Source: Terriglobia bacterium
Lineage (GTDB): Bacteria > Acidobacteriota > Polarisedimenticolia > Polarisedimenticolales > JAIQFR01
Length of the DNA: 64,000 nucleotides
NCBI GenBank assembly: GCA_963748015.1
Contig: CAVVHE010000004.1
Location: forward strand, 1 to 64,000
Reading direction: 5' to 3'
Both the position numbers and the translations under genes were made by a program. Below are positions 51,079 to 60,021 of the stretch, in pieces; position 1 is the first letter of the stretch, and the number at the start of each line of letters is the position of its first letter. The notes below the pieces were generated by a model, which had not been told where the DNA came from, searched no databases, and saw only the letters and a list, made by a program, of their open reading frames with translations.

Positions 51079-51867
51079 TCAGCGGCGGGTCAGGGCGTGG
51101 AAGAGGATCCGGTCGAGAAGGCGGGGAGCGAGGGCGTTCAGCCAGACGAGGAGCTTGCCCTCGGGGGAGAGGACGAGCTCGCGGCGGCGCGACCTCGCCA
51201 TGCGCAGGATCGCGCGGGCGACGGACTCGGCGGAATGGCTGGCGACGCGCGTTCGCTTCTGGCGCGGGCCGATGCGGGTCAGGCGTGCCGAGAACTCGGT
51301 CTCGGTCGTCGAGGGGCAGACGAGACCGACGCTGACCCCGGACCCCACGAGCTCGGAGCGGAGGACGTCGGCCAGGCCGTGAAGCGCGAACTTGCTGGCG
51401 GAATATGCGGACGTGTGCGGCACGCCCCGTTTTCCCAGCACCGACGAGATCAGCAGGACGCGGCCGCTGCCCCTCGCGATCATCCCCCAAATGAACGGGC
51501 GGACGGTGCGGGCGACGCCGAAGACGTTCACCTCGAAGACGCTTCGCAGCTCCTCGTCGGGGGTCTTCGAGAACAGGGCGTCGAGGCCGATGCCGGCATT
51601 GGCGACGATCACGTCGGGCGGGCCGTGCTCGCGCAGGATCCGCTCGGTGACCGCCGCCATGCCGGCCGCGTCGGCCACGTCGGCCTGGATCGGTACGAGC
51701 TTGTCCGCTCCGCCGGCCTCGGCGGCGAGCGCCTCGAGACGAACTCTCGACCGCGCGAGCGCGAGCACGCGTCCCCCTTCGCGGACGAACGCGAGGGCGG
51801 TCGCGCGACCGATGCCCTCCGAGGCCCCGGTCACCAGGATCGTCTTCCCTGCGAATCGTCCGGCCAT
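51079..51867 (-). CDS. SDR family oxidoreductase
   Basis: TGASEGIG, ANAG, YSASKFA. Confidence 0.88.
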   Translation of the reverse strand: MAGRFAGKTILVTGASEGIGRATALAFVREGGRVLALARSRVRLEALAAEAGGADKLVPIQADVADAAGMAAVTERILREHGPPDVIVANAGIGLDALFSKTPDEELRSVFEVNVFGVARTVRPFIWGMIARGSGRVLLISSVLGKRGVPHTSAYSASKFALHGLADVLRSELVGSGVSVGLVCPSTTETEFSARLTRIGPRQKRTRVASHSAESVARAILRMARSRRRELVLSPEGKLLVWLNALAPRLLDRILFHALTRR

Positions 51868-51902
51868 CGGGTCGCTGCTCCGCGGCGCCGCGCGCCCGCC
51901 GT

Positions 51903-52958
51903 CTACTCGACGCGCACCGAGAGGGTTCCCACCTTCTCGAGGCTCGCCTGCAGGAGGTCGCCGGGGCGCACGGGACCGACGCCGGACGGGGTGCCCGTGA
52001 AGATCAGGTCGCCGCGCTCGAGCGTCATGAGCCGCGAGGCGAAGGCCACCAGCGCGGCCACTCCGTGGGTCATCCTGGAGGTGTCCGCCTCCTGGCGCCG
52101 CTCGCCGTTGACCTCGAGCGTCAGGCTGAGCCCGGATCCGTCGCCCACCTCGCCGCGCGGCGCGATCAACGAGACGGGGGCGGAGGTGTCGAATCCCTTC
52201 GATAGCGCCCACGGCTCGCCCTTGGCCTTCGCCGCGCTCTGGAGGTCGCGCAGGGTCATGTCGAGGCCGACGCCGTAGCCGAGCACGTGGTCGAGCGCCT
52301 TCGATTCCTCGATGGCGTGCCCCGCCTTCCCGACGACGATGACCAGCTCGACCTCGTGGTGGACCTCTCCGCAGTCCGGCGGGATCTTCACGACGCCGCC
52401 GTCGTGGAGGATCGCGCTCGCGGGCTTGAGGAAGAGCACCGGCGGCGAGGCCTCCTTCCAGCCCATCTCCTTCACGTGATCCGCGTAGTTCCTCCCGACG
52501 GCGAGGATCTTGCCGACGCGCACGCGCTCGCCGGTGCCCCGCATCGCCACGAACGGCTCCGAGGCCGGGCGGTCCATCGCGGGCCGGTACGGCCAGAGAT
52601 GCATCGAGCCCTGCGCGGTCGCCACGTGACGCCCGGTCGCGTCGAAGATCTCGCCTCCGGCGAACGCGACGCGGCGCCCCTTTCGCAGGACCCGCCCCTT
52701 CGCGTCGAGCCTTCCCTCGTGCGCTCCCTCGAGGAACTGCACCGACAGCGACGTCGTCGCGCACCACCACTCCGGGGGAAGCGCCGATACCACCGCGGCG
52801 CCGATCGCCGTGTCGAGCAGGGCCGCGAGCACGCCGCCGTGCACGACCCCGCCGCTGTTCAGGTGATGGGGCCCGAGATCGAGGTGCGCCTCCGCCTCGC
52901 CGCCCTCCATCCGAGTGATCTCGATCCCGAGGTACTTGTTGAACGGGGGCACCTTCAC
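51903..52958 (-). CDS. PaaI thioesterase-fumarylacetoacetate hydrolase family fusion
   Basis: N-terminal HLNSGGVVHGGVLAALLD hotdog; C-terminal GRNYADH..E, FLKP, HHEVEL, KGFDT, TGTPSGVG; single open frame. Confidence 0.85.
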   Translation of the reverse strand: MKVPPFNKYLGIEITRMEGGEAEAHLDLGPHHLNSGGVVHGGVLAALLDTAIGAAVVSALPPEWWCATTSLSVQFLEGAHEGRLDAKGRVLRKGRRVAFAGGEIFDATGRHVATAQGSMHLWPYRPAMDRPASEPFVAMRGTGERVRVGKILAVGRNYADHVKEMGWKEASPPVLFLKPASAILHDGGVVKIPPDCGEVHHEVELVIVVGKAGHAIEESKALDHVLGYGVGLDMTLRDLQSAAKAKGEPWALSKGFDTSAPVSLIAPRGEVGDGSGLSLTLEVNGERRQEADTSRMTHGVAALVAFASRLMTLERGDLIFTGTPSGVGPVRPGDLLQASLEKVGTLSVRVE

Positions 52959-53108
52959 CGGAACCTCCTGAGCGCGCCGTCTGTCATCCCCTGCGCGACG
53001 GGAAGAGAATAGCCCATGAGGCGTCCCGGTTGGTCCACCTCGCGCAATCACCGATCCGGCGACAGTCCCGAAGGGGACGCCGCGACAAGTCCCGGCTGAC
53101 TTCACCAC

Positions 53109-53298
53109 CGCGGCGAGGCCGTCTGCAGTACTGCCGGCGACCTCCCTCGGCGACGACCCGCATCGGCCGCGCGAGGGGTCGAGCAAACGCGATGGCGCGA
53201 ACCCTAGCGCCATCGCGCTCGACCCCTCGCGCGGCCGTGCAGGGGTCCCCGTCGCCTCGGGCATCGTCGCCGGCAGTACTGCAGACGGCCTCGCCGCG
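53109..53298 (+). repeat. Palindromic element family A, copy 2
   Basis: Core 53139-53268; perfect 33-bp inverted arms 53109-53141 / 53266-53298. Confidence 0.9.
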
Positions 53299-53447
53299 CG
53301 CCCGCCATCGCGCGGATCAATGTTCACCCTTTAAGTCTATGATTCGTGGAGACCTTCTTTCGAAACTGCTAAAGTGAAGCAACCAGAAGGGCGAGAGCCG
53401 CCGCGAACACCCCAGAGAGCGCTCTCCGCAAAGAGAAAGGAAAGTCC

Positions 53448-54734
53448 ATGGCGACAAAAGGCTTCAATGCGTTCGAGATGGCCCAGGCGCAGTTCGACAA
53501 GGTCGCGAACCTGCTGAGCCTCGACCAGGCCACGCGGGACCTGCTCCGGTTCCCCCTCCGCGAGTACCACTTCTCGATCCCGGTGCGGATGGACGACGGC
53601 ACCATGAAGGTGTTCCGCGGGTTCCGGGTCCAGCACAACGACGCCCGCGGCCCGGCCAAGGGCGGGATCCGGTTCCACCCGCAGGAGACCGTGGACACGG
53701 TCCGCGCCCTCGCGATGTGGATGACCTGGAAGTGCTCGGTCGTGGACATCCCGCTCGGCGGCGGCAAGGGAGGGGTCATCTGCGACCCGCACAACCTGAG
53801 CCAGCGCGAGCAGGAGTTGATCTGCCGCGGCTGGGTGCGTCAGATCGCGCGCGACGTGGGGCCGTTCCGCGACGTTCCCGCTCCCGACGTCATGACCGCC
53901 GGCCACCACATGCTCTGGATGCTCGACGAGTTCGAGACGATCCACGGCGGAAGGTACCCCGGGTTCATCACGGGCAAGCCCGTGGGGCTCGGCGGCTCGC
54001 TCGGGCGCACCGAGGCGACCGGCTACGGCGTCGTGTTCACCGTCCGCGAGGCCCTCAAGGAGCTCGGCATCAACCCGAAGGACACGATCGCCAGCGTCCA
54101 GGGGTTCGGCAACGTCGCGCAGTACGCGATCGAGCTGTACCACCAGATGGGCGGCAAGGTCATCTGCGTGTCTTGCTGGGACCAGGCCGACCAGAAGTCC
54201 TACTCGTACAAGAAGAAGGACGGGGTGGACCTGAAGGTGCTGCTCGGGATCACCGACCGCTTCGGCGGGATCGACAAAACGAAGGCGAAGAGCCTCGGCT
54301 ACGAGGTGCTGCCGGCCGATGCGTGGATCGAGCAGGAGGTGGACATCCTCATGCCGAGCGCCATCGAGAACCAGATCACCGTCGAAAACGTCCAGAAGAT
54401 CCACAAGCGGGTCAAGCTGATCGCCGAGGGCGCGAACGGCCCGACGACCCCCGAGGCCGACGCGGTGATCAAGGAGCGCGGGATCTTCATGATCCCCGAC
54501 TTCCTCGCCAACGCCGGCGGGGTCACCTGCAGCTACTTCGAGCAGGTGCAGTGCAACATGAACTACTTCTGGGAGAAGGACGAGGTCCTCGGGAAGCTCG
54601 ATCTCAAGATGACCTCGGCCTATCTCTCCGTCAGCGAGCTGGCCCGCAAGCAGAAGCTCTACATGCGGGACGCGGCGTACGTGGCCTCCGTGAGCCGCGT
54701 CGCCCAGGCCTGCCACGAGCGCGGCTGGGTGTGA
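53448..54734 (+). CDS. gdhA: Glutamate dehydrogenase (Glu/Leu/Phe/Val dehydrogenase family)
   Basis: GPAKGGIRFHP, MTWK, GGGKGG, DVPAPD, GRTEATGYG, QGFGNV, EGANGP, PDFLANAGGV..SYFE. Confidence 0.92.
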   Translation: MATKGFNAFEMAQAQFDKVANLLSLDQATRDLLRFPLREYHFSIPVRMDDGTMKVFRGFRVQHNDARGPAKGGIRFHPQETVDTVRALAMWMTWKCSVVDIPLGGGKGGVICDPHNLSQREQELICRGWVRQIARDVGPFRDVPAPDVMTAGHHMLWMLDEFETIHGGRYPGFITGKPVGLGGSLGRTEATGYGVVFTVREALKELGINPKDTIASVQGFGNVAQYAIELYHQMGGKVICVSCWDQADQKSYSYKKKDGVDLKVLLGITDRFGGIDKTKAKSLGYEVLPADAWIEQEVDILMPSAIENQITVENVQKIHKRVKLIAEGANGPTTPEADAVIKERGIFMIPDFLANAGGVTCSYFEQVQCNMNYFWEKDEVLGKLDLKMTSAYLSVSELARKQKLYMRDAAYVASVSRVAQACHERGWV

Positions 54735-54747
54735 GTCGTAACGGGAG

Positions 54748-54785
54748 CGGATCCCGCGGCGGCATTGCACCCGCCGCGGGATCCG
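54748..54785 (+). terminator. Strong stem-loop after gdh (no U-tract)
   Basis: Perfect 15-bp stem CGGATCCCGCGGCGG / CCGCCGCGGGATCCG with an 8-nt loop. Confidence 0.6.
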
Positions 54786-54864
54786 TCCCCGATTCGTCCG
54801 GCGCGCCATCCGATCGGGCGCCGGGTTATCATCCGGGCTCATAGACATCTGGCCACCCGGAGCG

Positions 54865-56619
54865 ATGCCCATGGACGTCCCGACGGTCCCCGACGTTCCC
54901 AAGTTCGACCGGCACTTCTTCGACGGTAAGGAGAAGTTCACCCGGATCGGCGACGGCGCCGTCGGGGGAAAAGGCGCCGGGCTCCTGAGGATCCACGAGA
55001 TCCTCCTCTCGCGCCTCGATCCGGCGACGTTCCCCGCGTTCGTCGTGGACATCCCGACCCTCACGGTCGTCGCGACGGACATGTTCGACGCGTTCATGGA
55101 GCGCAACCACCTGCACGAGGTGGCGTTCTCGGATCTTCCGGACGACCGGATCGCGCACGCGTTCCAGAAGGCGGAGCTGCCCACGGAACTGCTCGGGGAC
55201 CTGCGCGGGCTGATCGAGAAGGTGCACCAGCCCCTCGCGGTTCGCTCGTCGAGCCTCCTCGAGGACGCCCTGTACCGGCCGTTCGCCGGGATCTACCAGA
55301 CGAAGATGATCCCCAACAACCAGTTCGACACGGACACCCGCTTCCGCCGGCTGGCCGAGGCGATCAAGTTCGTCTACGCCTCCACCTTCTCGAAGAGCGC
55401 CAAGAACTACGTGAAGATGACCGACCGGGGGATCGAGGACGAGAAGATGGCCGTCCTGATCCAGGAGGTGGTCGGGCGGAGGCACGGAGACCGTTTCTAC
55501 CCCGACCTCGCCGGCGTGGTCCGATCGTACAGCTTCTACCGGTCCGGCCACGCGCTGCCGGAGGACGGCGTCGTGGACCTGGCACTCGGACTCGGGAAGT
55601 CGATCGTGGACGGCGGCATCGTATGGACCTACTGCCCGGCGTATCCCAAGGCGCCAGCCCCGTTCGGATCCGCCGGCGAGATGCTCGACCGGACGCAGGC
55701 GGAGTTCTGGGCGGTGAACATGGGGAAGCCCCCCGCCCACGACCCGATGAACGAGACGGAGTACCTCGTCAAGGCCGGGTTGCCGGAGGCGGAGGCCGAC
55801 GGCACGCTCTGGCGGGTCGCCTCCACCTACGACGCCGCGTCGGACCGCCTACGGCCGGGGTTGAGCGGGCCGGGACCACGAGTCCTCGACTTCGCCCCGG
55901 TCCTCGTGCACGAGCGCGTCCCCTTGAACGCCCTGATCCGCAAGCTCATGAAGGATTGCGAGGAGTCGCTCGGGGAGAAGGTCGAGATCGAGTTCGCGCT
56001 CACCTTCGACGAGGAGGGGAGCGGCACCGCGCGGTTCGGCTTCCTCCAGGTTCGCCCCCTCGTGGTCTCGAGCGAGTTCGTCGAGGTGACCGAGGCGGAC
56101 CTTTCGGCCGGCGGAGTCCTGGTCGCGTCCGGAAACGTCATGGGCAACGGGGCCGTGGACGACGTGCGCGACGTCGTGTACGTGCGCCCCGGCGCTTTCG
56201 AGCCCAGGCTCACGCGGACCGCGGCCGTCGAGATCGCCGCGATCAACAACCGGCTGCTCGAGGAGCGGCGCCCGTTCCTGCTGATCGGGTTCGGGCGTTG
56301 GGGAAGCTCCGACCCGTCGCTCGGCATCCCGGTGGACTGGGGCCAGATCTGCGGCGCCCGGGCCATCGTCGAGGCCACGCTCCCGGCGATGAACGTGGAT
56401 CTCTCGCAGGGCTCTCATTTCTTCCACAACATCTCCAGCTTCGAGGTGAGCTATTTTTGCGCCCGCCACGACCGGGACGACCGGATCGACTGGGACTGGC
56501 TGGAAGGGCAGCAGCCCGAATCCGATACGGGCCTCGTCCGACACCTGCGGATCGCCGAGCCCCTCGCGATCCGCGTGGACGGGCGCGCCGGCCGCGGCGT
56601 GATCCGTATTCGAGGTTGA
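54865..56619 (+). CDS. PEP/pyruvate-binding (PPDK_N) domain protein, stand-alone form
   Basis: GGKG, AVRSSSLLED, FAGIY, MAVLIQEVVG, LGLG, EIEFA, LQVRP; C-terminal GRWGS...SQGSHFF. Confidence 0.85.
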   Translation: MPMDVPTVPDVPKFDRHFFDGKEKFTRIGDGAVGGKGAGLLRIHEILLSRLDPATFPAFVVDIPTLTVVATDMFDAFMERNHLHEVAFSDLPDDRIAHAFQKAELPTELLGDLRGLIEKVHQPLAVRSSSLLEDALYRPFAGIYQTKMIPNNQFDTDTRFRRLAEAIKFVYASTFSKSAKNYVKMTDRGIEDEKMAVLIQEVVGRRHGDRFYPDLAGVVRSYSFYRSGHALPEDGVVDLALGLGKSIVDGGIVWTYCPAYPKAPAPFGSAGEMLDRTQAEFWAVNMGKPPAHDPMNETEYLVKAGLPEAEADGTLWRVASTYDAASDRLRPGLSGPGPRVLDFAPVLVHERVPLNALIRKLMKDCEESLGEKVEIEFALTFDEEGSGTARFGFLQVRPLVVSSEFVEVTEADLSAGGVLVASGNVMGNGAVDDVRDVVYVRPGAFEPRLTRTAAVEIAAINNRLLEERRPFLLIGFGRWGSSDPSLGIPVDWGQICGARAIVEATLPAMNVDLSQGSHFFHNISSFEVSYFCARHDRDDRIDWDWLEGQQPESDTGLVRHLRIAEPLAIRVDGRAGRGVIRIRG

Positions 56620-56623
56620 CCCC

Positions 56624-59600
56624 ATGGACCTGACGCACGACCCGATCGACAAGATCCTCGAGGCGCTCCAGGAGCGCGCGAAGGAGCTGAACTGCCTCTA
56701 CCAGGTGGACGAGCTCCTCGGCAAGGTGGACGCAGCGCCCGAGGAGGTGTTCCGCGGGCTGCTCGCGATCGTCCCCGCGGGTTGGCAATACCCCGGGATC
56801 TGCAGGGCGAGGATCGCGATCGACGAAAACGTCTACCAGCCGACCGATTTCCAGGAGACCCCCTGGATCCTGGGCGCGCCGATCGTCGTGCAGGGGAGGA
56901 CGGCCGGCAAGCTCGAGGTCTGCTACCTCGAGGCGATGCCCCGCTCCGACGAGGGGCCGTTCCTCAAGGAGGAGCGCAAGCTCATCGACACGATCGCGCA
57001 GCGAATGGCGCACTACGTGACCCACCGGAAGCTGGAAGGGGCGGTGCGCGAGTGGGACGTCGCCCACCAGCCCAGTGCCCAGCGGAAGCAGGACTGGTGG
57101 GTGATCATCGAGTTCCTCCGCTACACCGACCGGAACCTCCTGATCCGGCTGTCGCGGAAGATGCTCAACCACCTCTGCTGGAACGGGATCGAGGAGGCCC
57201 AGAGCCTCATGCAGCGCTTCGCCCCGGACCGGGGGACGCAGGAGGACGACTCGCTCGACGACAACCGGCCGGTGGAGAAGAAGACGCTGCAGGACCTGCT
57301 GCACCTGACCGAGGAGACCTTTCTCATCGCCGCGGCCCACCTGAGCGAGGCCGAGATCGTGTCCCGGATCCAGAAGTGGATCAAGGACGACAAATCGAGC
57401 TTTCTCCTCGAGGCCCTCGAGAATCCCGCCACCACCGTGACCGAGATCGCCGAGGCGATCCAGCGGTTCCGCTTCGTCGGGGTGGAGCCGCGCGAGATGA
57501 CGCGGCCGGTCCAGATGGCGATGAGCGTCTCGCTGGTTCGCCGGTTCTTCTCCGACGAGCTCGAGTTCATCAACACCGCGAAGAACTGGGTGAGCGTCAA
57601 CGACTTCTTCGACCTGGCGCAGCGGATCATCTCCCCGCCGAACGGCCACGGGAAGCTCGGCGGGAAGAGCTCGGGGCTGTTCCTCGCGTCGCAGATCATC
57701 AGGAAGTCGCCCGAGTACGCCGAGCTGCTCGCGGAGATCAAGGTGCCGAAGACGTGGTACGTCACGTCGGACGGCCTGCTGGACTTCATCCAGTACAACC
57801 ACCTCGAGGACGTTTACAACCGGAAGTACCTGGAGCTCGACCAGGTCCGGCGCGAGTACCCGCACATCGTGCAGGTGTTCAAGAACTCCCACTTCTCGCC
57901 CGAGGTGGTCAAGGGTCTGTCGATGGCCCTCGACGACTTCGAGGAGCGGCCCCTGATCGTGCGCTCGTCGAGCCTCCTCGAGGACCGGATGGGCGCCGCG
58001 TTCTCCGGGAAGTACAAGAGCCTGTTCCTTGCCAACCAGGGGGGCAAGCGGGAACGGCTCGCGGCGCTGCAGGACGCGATCGCCGAGGTTTACGCCTCGA
58101 TCTTCGGCCCGGACCCGCTCGAGTACCGGGCGGAGCGCGGCCTCCTCGACCTGCACGAAGAGATGGGGATCATGATCCAGGAGGTGGTCGGGACGAAGGT
58201 CGGCGACTACTTCATGCCTGCGTACTCCGGCGTGGCCTTCAGCAACAACGAGTTCCGCTGGTCCGCGCGGATCAAGCGCGACGACGGTCTGCTGCGTCTC
58301 GTCCCCGGGCTCGGGACGCGCGCAGTGGACCGGATGGTGGACGACTACCCGATCCTGATCGCGCCCGGGCAGCCCGGCCTCAGGGTCAACGTGACGACGG
58401 ACGAGGTGGTCCGGTACTCGCCGAAGATGGTGGACGTCATCAACCTGAGAACCCGCGCGTTCGAGTCCATCGAGGTGACGAGGCTGCTGAAGGAGCAGGG
58501 GGCGTCCTACCCGATGGTCGGCGACCTCGTCTCCGTCGTGGAGCACGAGGGGATAAGGCGGCCGCTCCCCTTCCAGATCGATTTCGAGAAGGACGACCTC
58601 GTCGTCACGTTCGACGGCCTCGCGTCCCGCACCCCCTTCGTCATGCGGATGCGGAACCTGCTCAAGCTCCTCCAGGACAAGCTCGGCGTGCCGGTGGACG
58701 TGGAGTTCGCGCACAACGGGACGCACCTCTACCTGCTGCAGTGCCGCCCGCAGAGCTACGCCTCCGAGGCCGTGTCGGTGCCGATCCCGGCGGACCTGCC
58801 CCGCGACCGCATCGTTTTCACCGCGAACCGCTACGTCTCGAACGGACGGGTCCCGGACATCACCCACGTGGTCTACGTGGACCCGGCGAAGTACAACAGC
58901 ATCGCGGACCTCGCGACGCTCCGGGAGGTCGGACGCACGGTCGGCAAGCTGAACAAGCTCCTCCCGAAGCGGCAGTTCATCCTGATGGGGCCGGGGCGGT
59001 GGGGGAGCCGCGGGGACATCAAGCTCGGCGTGAGCGTCACCTACTCCGAGATCAACAACACGGCGGTGCTCGTCGAGGTCGCGCGCAAGGAGGGGAACTA
59101 CGTCCCCGATCTCTCGTTCGGGACCCACTTCTTCCAGGACCTCGTCGAGGCGGGTATCCGCTACCTCCCGCTGTACCCCGACGAGCCCGAGAACGTGTTC
59201 AACGAGGAGTTCCTGAACCGGTCGCCGAACATCCTCGAGGAGCTGCTCCCGGGATCCGACCGGGTGGCGGAGGCGATCCGCGTCATCGACGTGGCGAGCG
59301 CGACCGACGGACTGGTCCTCAAGGTCCTCATGAACGCCGACCAGGACCGGGCGGTCGGCGTCCTGGCGACGCCGACCTCCGCGGTCGCCGACGTCGCGGC
59401 CGACCGGCGCCGCGAAGCGGAGGCGCTCGCGGCGGACGCGCACTGGCGCTGGCGCCTCCGGGCGGCGGAGAGGATCGCCGCGAACCTCGACGGCACGCGG
59501 TTCGGCGTGAAGGCGATGTACGTCTTCGGCTCGACCAAGAACGCGACCGCGGGCCCCGCGAGCGACATCGACCTGCTGATCCACTTCGCCGGGAGCGACG

Positions 59601-59812
59601 AGCAGAAGCGGGACCTCGACCGGTGGCTCGAGGGGTGGAGCCTCTCGCTCGCCGAGTTCAACTTCCTGCGCACCGGCACGAAGACCGACGGGCTCCTCGA
59701 TCCCCACTTCGTGAGCGACGACGACATCGTGCGCCAGACCAGCTACGCCGCGAAGATCGGCGCCGTCACCGATGCCGCGAGGCCGTTGCGACTTGGAGCG
59801 GCTACCGACTAG
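56624..59812 (+). CDS. GAF-like + PPDK_N + nucleotidyltransferase multidomain protein
   Basis: N-terminal ERAKELNCLY..GWQYP..GPFLKEE; GGKS, VRSSSLLED, LQCRP, GRWGS..SFGTHFF; C-terminal YVFGS........SDIDLL. Confidence 0.85.
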   Translation: MDLTHDPIDKILEALQERAKELNCLYQVDELLGKVDAAPEEVFRGLLAIVPAGWQYPGICRARIAIDENVYQPTDFQETPWILGAPIVVQGRTAGKLEVCYLEAMPRSDEGPFLKEERKLIDTIAQRMAHYVTHRKLEGAVREWDVAHQPSAQRKQDWWVIIEFLRYTDRNLLIRLSRKMLNHLCWNGIEEAQSLMQRFAPDRGTQEDDSLDDNRPVEKKTLQDLLHLTEETFLIAAAHLSEAEIVSRIQKWIKDDKSSFLLEALENPATTVTEIAEAIQRFRFVGVEPREMTRPVQMAMSVSLVRRFFSDELEFINTAKNWVSVNDFFDLAQRIISPPNGHGKLGGKSSGLFLASQIIRKSPEYAELLAEIKVPKTWYVTSDGLLDFIQYNHLEDVYNRKYLELDQVRREYPHIVQVFKNSHFSPEVVKGLSMALDDFEERPLIVRSSSLLEDRMGAAFSGKYKSLFLANQGGKRERLAALQDAIAEVYASIFGPDPLEYRAERGLLDLHEEMGIMIQEVVGTKVGDYFMPAYSGVAFSNNEFRWSARIKRDDGLLRLVPGLGTRAVDRMVDDYPILIAPGQPGLRVNVTTDEVVRYSPKMVDVINLRTRAFESIEVTRLLKEQGASYPMVGDLVSVVEHEGIRRPLPFQIDFEKDDLVVTFDGLASRTPFVMRMRNLLKLLQDKLGVPVDVEFAHNGTHLYLLQCRPQSYASEAVSVPIPADLPRDRIVFTANRYVSNGRVPDITHVVYVDPAKYNSIADLATLREVGRTVGKLNKLLPKRQFILMGPGRWGSRGDIKLGVSVTYSEINNTAVLVEVARKEGNYVPDLSFGTHFFQDLVEAGIRYLPLYPDEPENVFNEEFLNRSPNILEELLPGSDRVAEAIRVIDVASATDGLVLKVLMNADQDRAVGVLATPTSAVADVAADRRREAEALAADAHWRWRLRAAERIAANLDGTRFGVKAMYVFGSTKNATAGPASDIDLLIHFAGSDEQKRDLDRWLEGWSLSLAEFNFLRTGTKTDGLLDPHFVSDDDIVRQTSYAAKIGAVTDAARPLRLGAATD

Positions 59813-59819
59813 TCGGCAG

Positions 59820-60011
59820 CCCGGCCGTCCGATCCGGAATCTCCCTCCGGGGACCTCCCTCGGCGACGACCCGCATCGGCCGCGCGAAGGACCTCGCAAG
59901 CGCGATGGGGCCCCCTATCCCCATCGCGCGAGGCCTTTCGCGCGGCCGTGCAGGGGTCCCCGTCGCCTCGGGCATCGTCCCCGGAGGGAGATTCCGGATC
60001 GGACGGCCGGG
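59820..60011 (+). repeat. Palindromic element family A, copy 3 (diverged core)
   Basis: Core 59852-59979; perfect 35-bp inverted arms 59820-59854 / 59977-60011; lies between convergent genes. Confidence 0.9.
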
Positions 60012-60021
60012 AAGAAGTCGA

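Noticed and set aside
59450..59812. NTase domain as a CBASS cyclase or MNT antitoxin
   Set aside because: It is a minimal domain fused to PPDK_N, with no HEPN, Cap effector or other defence gene adjacent.
47190..60011. Family A repeats as CRISPR, 6S RNA or riboswitch
   Set aside because: Copies are kilobases apart with no spacers or cas genes. There is no large central bubble as in 6S, and position relative to gene direction is inconsistent.
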